Shown here: piece after piece, positions 59,801 to 64,000 of the stretch
Layout of the letters: every line of letters begins with the position of its first letter
How positions within the stretch are numbered: the stretch's first letter is position 1
DNA from: Squalus acanthias
Taxonomy: Eukaryota
Direction: 5' to 3'
DNA: 64,000 bases
Assembly: GCA_030390025.1 (NCBI GenBank)
Contig: CM059431.1
Coordinates: 140,742,001-140,806,000 of the forward strand
Made by a program: the position numbers and the translations under genes
Notes under the pieces: model-generated
The model's input: the letters and a program-made list of their open reading frames with translations, nothing else
The model's database searches: none
What the model was told of the DNA's origin: nothing

Positions 59801-62800
59801 GCACTATTTACACACTGTCTGATCTCACTGGGCCCATCATCCTCCGGTTTCACACTGTCTGATCTCACTGGGCACATCCTCCGCGGGTTACACACTCTCT
59901 GATCTCAATTTGCCCATCCTCCCCGGGTTACACACTGTCTGAACTCATTGGGCCCATCCCCCCGGGTTACACACTTTTGATCTCACTGGGCCCATCATCC
60001 CCGGGTTACACACTGTCTCATCTCACTGGGCCCATCCTCCCCGGGTTACACACTGTCTGATCTCACTGGGCCCATCCTCCCCGGGTTATACACTTACTGA
60101 TCTTACTGGGTCCATCCTCTCCGGATTAGACACTGTCTGATCTCACTGGGCCCCACCGCACCCCCCGGGTTTCACACTGTCTGATCTCACTGCGCCCATC
60201 CTCCCCGGCTAACACACTGTCTGATCACACTGGGCCCATCCTCCCCGGGTTACACACTGTCTTAACTCACTGGGCCCATCCTCCCGAAGTTACACAGTGC
60301 CAGATCTCACTGGGCCCACAACCCACCCCCGGGGTTGCACACTGTCTGATCTCGCTGGGCCCAACCTCCCCGGTTTACACACTGTCTGATCTCACTGGGC
60401 CCATCCTCCCCGGGTTATATACTGTCTGATCTCAGTTGCCACTCCTCCCCAGGTTACACACTGTCTGATCTCACTGGGCCCACCCTCCCCGGGTTACACA
60501 CTGTGTGATCTCACTGGACCCATAATCCCCGGGTTACACACTCTATGATCTCACCGAGCCCATCCACCCACCCGCCCCCCCGCCCCGGTTATACATTTTC
60601 TGATCTAACTGGGCCCATCTACCCCGGATTACACACTGTCTGATCTCACTGTGCCCGTCCTCCCAGGGTTACACATTGTCTGATCACACTGTGTCCATCC
60701 TCCCCGGGTTACACACTGTCTGATCTCACTGGGCCCCACCGCACCCCCCGGGTTACACACTGTCTGATCTCACTGGGCACATCCTCCTCGGGTTACACAC
60801 TCTCTGATCTCAATTTGCCCATCCAACCCGGTTTACACACTGTCTGAACTCATTGGGCCCATCCCCCCCGGGTTACATACTTTTGATCTCACTGGGCCCA
60901 TCATCCCCGGGTTACACACTGTCTGATCTCACTGGGCCCATCCTCCCCGGGTTATACACTGTCTGATCTCACTGGACCCATCCTCCCCGGGTTACACACT
61001 GTCTGATCTCACTGGGCCCCTCCGCATTCCCCGGGTTACACACTGTCTGATCTCACTGGGCCCATCCTCCCCGGGTAACACACTGTCTGATCACACTGGG
61101 CCCATCCTCCCCGGGTTACACACTGTCTGATCTCACTGGGCCCATCCTCCCCGGGTTACACACTCTCTGATCTCACTGGGCCCATCCTCCCCGGGTTACA
61201 CACTGTCTGATCTCACTGGGCCCATCCTCCCCGGGTTACACACTGTCTGATCTCACTGGGCCCATCCTCCCCGGGTTACACACTGTCTGATCTCACTGGG
61301 CCCATCCTCCCGGGTTACACACTGTCTGATCTCACTGGGCCCATCCTCCCCGGGTTACACACTGTCTGATCTCACTGGCCCATCCTCCCAGGGTTACACA
61401 CTGTCTGATCTCACTGTGCCCATCCTCCCCGGGTTACACACTGTCTGATCTCACTGGGCCCATCCTCCCCGGGTTACACACTGTCTGATCTCACTGGGCC
61501 CATCCTCCCGGGTTACACACTGTCTGATCTCACTGGGCCCATCCTCCCGGGTTACACACTGTCTGATCTCACTGGGCCCGTCCTCCCCGGGTTACACACT
61601 GTCTGATCCTCACTGGGCCCATCCTCCCGGGTTACACATTGTCTGATCACACTGGGCCCATCCTCCCCGGGTTACACACTGTCTGATCTCAGTTGTCCCA
61701 TCCTCCCCGGGTTACACACTGTCTGATCTCACTGGGCACATCCTCCGCGGTTTACACATTGTCTGATCTCACTGTGCCCATCCTCCCCGGGTTACATACT
61801 GTCTGATCTCACTGGGCCCATCCTCCCCGCGTTACACACTGTCTTATCTCACTGGGCACATCCTCACAGGGTTACACACTGTCTGATCTCGCTGGTTCCA
61901 TCCTCCCCGGGTTACACACTGTCTGATCTCATTGGGCCCATCCTCCTGGGTTACACACTGTCTGATCTCACTGGTTCCTTCCTGCCCGGGTTACACACTG
62001 TCTGATCTCACTGGGCCCATCCTCCCCGGGTTACACATTGTCTGATCTCACTGGGTCCATCCTCTCCGGGTTGCACACTGTCTGATCTCACTGGGCCCAT
62101 CCCCCCGGGGTTACACACTGTCTGATCTCACTGGGACCATCCTCCACGGATTACACACTGTCTGATCTCACTGGGCTCATGCTCCCAGGGTTACACACTG
62201 TCTGATCACACTGTGCCCATCCTCCCCGGGTTACACACTGTCTGAATTCATTGTGCCCATCCCCCCCGGGTTACACACTTCTGATCTCACTGGGCCCATC
62301 ATCCCCGGGTTACACACTGTCTCATCTCACTGGGCCCATCCTCCCCGGGTTACACACTGTCTGATCTCACTGGGCCCATCCTCCCCGGGTTATACACTGT
62401 CTGATCTCGCTGGGTCCATCCTCCCCGGGTTACTCACTGTCTGATCTCACTGGGCCCCACCGCACCCCCCGGGTTACACACTGTCTGATCTCACTGGGCC
62501 CATCCTCCCCGGGTAACACACTGTCTGATCACACTGGGCCCATCCTCCCCGGGTTACACACTGTCTTATCTCACTGGGCCCATCCTCCCGAAGTTACACA
62601 GTGCCAGATCTCACTGGGCCCACAACCCACCCCCGGGGTTGCACACTGTCTGATCTCGCTGGGCCCATTCTCCCCGGGTTACACACTGTCTGATCTCACT
62701 GGGCCCATCCTCCCCGAGTAACACACTGTCTGATCACACTGGGCCCATCCTCCCCGGGTTACACACTGTCTGATCTCACTGGGCCCATCATCCCCGTGTT

Positions 62801-64000
62801 ACACATTGTCTGATCTCACTGGGCACATCATCCCCGGGTTACACACTGTCTGATCTCACTGGGTCCATCCTCTCCGGGTTACACACTGTCTGATCTCACT
62901 GGGCCCATCCTCCCCGGGTAACACACTGTCTGATCACACTGGGCCCATCCTCCCCGGGTTACACACTGTCTGATCTCACTGGGCCCATCCTCCCCGGGTT
63001 ACACATTGTCTGATCTCACTGGGCACATCATCCCCGGATTACACACTGTCTGATCTCACTGGGTCCATCCTCTCCGGGTTGCACACTGTCTGATCTCTCT
63101 GGGCCCATCCCCCCTGGGTTACACACTGTCTGATCTCACTGGGACCATCCTCCACGGATTACACACTGTCTGATCTCACTGAGCTCATCCTCCCTGTGGT
63201 ACACACTGTCTGATCTCACTGGGCCCATCCTCCCCGGGTTATATACTGTCTGATCTCACTGCGCCCATCCTCCCCGTGTTACACACTTTTTGATCTCACT
63301 GGACCCATCCTCACAGGGTTATACACTGTCTGATCACACTGGGGCCATCCTCCCCGGGTTCCACACTGTCTGAAGTCACTGGGCCCCTCCTCCCCGGGTT
63401 ACACACTGTCTGATCTCACTCGGCCCATCCTCCCCGAATTAAACACTGTCTGATCTCACTGCTCCCATCCTCCCGGGTTACACACTGTCTTATCTCACTG
63501 GGCACATCCTCACAGGGTTACACACTGTCTGATCTCGCTGGTTCCATCCTCCCCGGGTTACACACTGTCTGAACTCACTGGGCCCATCCGCCCCGGGTTA
63601 CACACTGCCTGATCTCACTGGGCCCATCCTCCCGGGTTACACACTGTCAGATCTCACTGGGCCCATCTTCCCCGGGTTACACACTGTCTGATCTCACTGG
63701 GTCCATCCTGCCCGGGTTACACACTGTCTGATTTCACTGGGCCCATCCTCCCCGGGTTACACATTGTCTGATCTCACTGGGTCCATCCTCTCCGGGTTGC
63801 ACACTGTCTGATCTCACTGGGCCCATCCCCCGGGGTTACACACTGTCTGATCTCACTGCGCCCATCCTCCCCGTGTTACACACTGTCTGATCTCACTGGA
63901 CCCATCCTCACAGGGTTATACACTGTCTGATCACACTGGGGCCATCCTCCCCGGGTTCCACACTGTCTGAAGTCACTGGGCCCCTCCTCCCCGGGTTACA
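38835..64000. repeat. 40-bp satellite array, more than 25 kb (roughly 630 units), running off the window end
   Basis: Consensus tcactgggcccatcctccccgggttacacactgtctgatc, head to tail and in one orientation throughout, with recurrent variant monomers. Confidence 0.99.

Noticed and set aside
40722..62444. Short ORFs within the satellite
   Set aside because: These are chance read-throughs of 40-bp units where a stop is mutated.
38835..64000. CRISPR array
   Set aside because: Units are contiguous with no unique spacers, there are no cas genes, and the context is vertebrate.
38835..64000. V(D)J recombination-signal-like arrangement (GGGTTACAC-12 nt-CACTGGG; occasional CACAGTG/CACTGTG variants)
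   Set aside because: The nonamer matches only 4 of 9 positions and the consensus heptamer lacks the essential CAC. No V, D or J segments are nearby.
38835..64000. Telomeric repeat (GGGTTA in each unit)
   Set aside because: Only one hexamer occurs per 40 bp and never in tandem, so it does not indicate a telomere.

Overview
Eukaryotic (vertebrate) genomic DNA, most likely from a cartilaginous fish, inferred from the CR1/L2/Penelope/Deu-type SINE repertoire and the NLR style. Bases 1-38.8 kb hold a minus-strand, multi-exon NLR innate-immune receptor gene. Six exons with canonical GT/AG sites and compatible phases join into one stop-free frame of about 812 codons: two exons for a CARD-like death-fold domain (35400-35566, 29104-29275), a 66-bp linker (28935-29000), a 1774-bp NACHT exon (3338-5111) and two ribonuclease-inhibitor-type LRR exons (1928-2014, 903-1073). 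The 3' end lies left of the window and the true 5' end is uncertain. The introns, including one of about 23.8 kb, are filled with nested decayed retroelements: many CR1 LINEs (two near full length), L2 fragments, a Penelope-like element with pseudo-LTRs, a 12-bp target duplication and hammerhead-ribozyme motifs, tRNA-derived SINEs, and 39-bp and 51-bp minisatellites. From about 38.85 kb to the end (about 25 kb) the window is a single 40-bp satellite array with higher-order variant blocks. I see no prokaryote-type system. The most notable items are the CARD-NACHT-LRR architecture, hammerhead motifs (one in the sense orientation of the NLR intron), a kappaB-site cluster and the gene/satellite junction.
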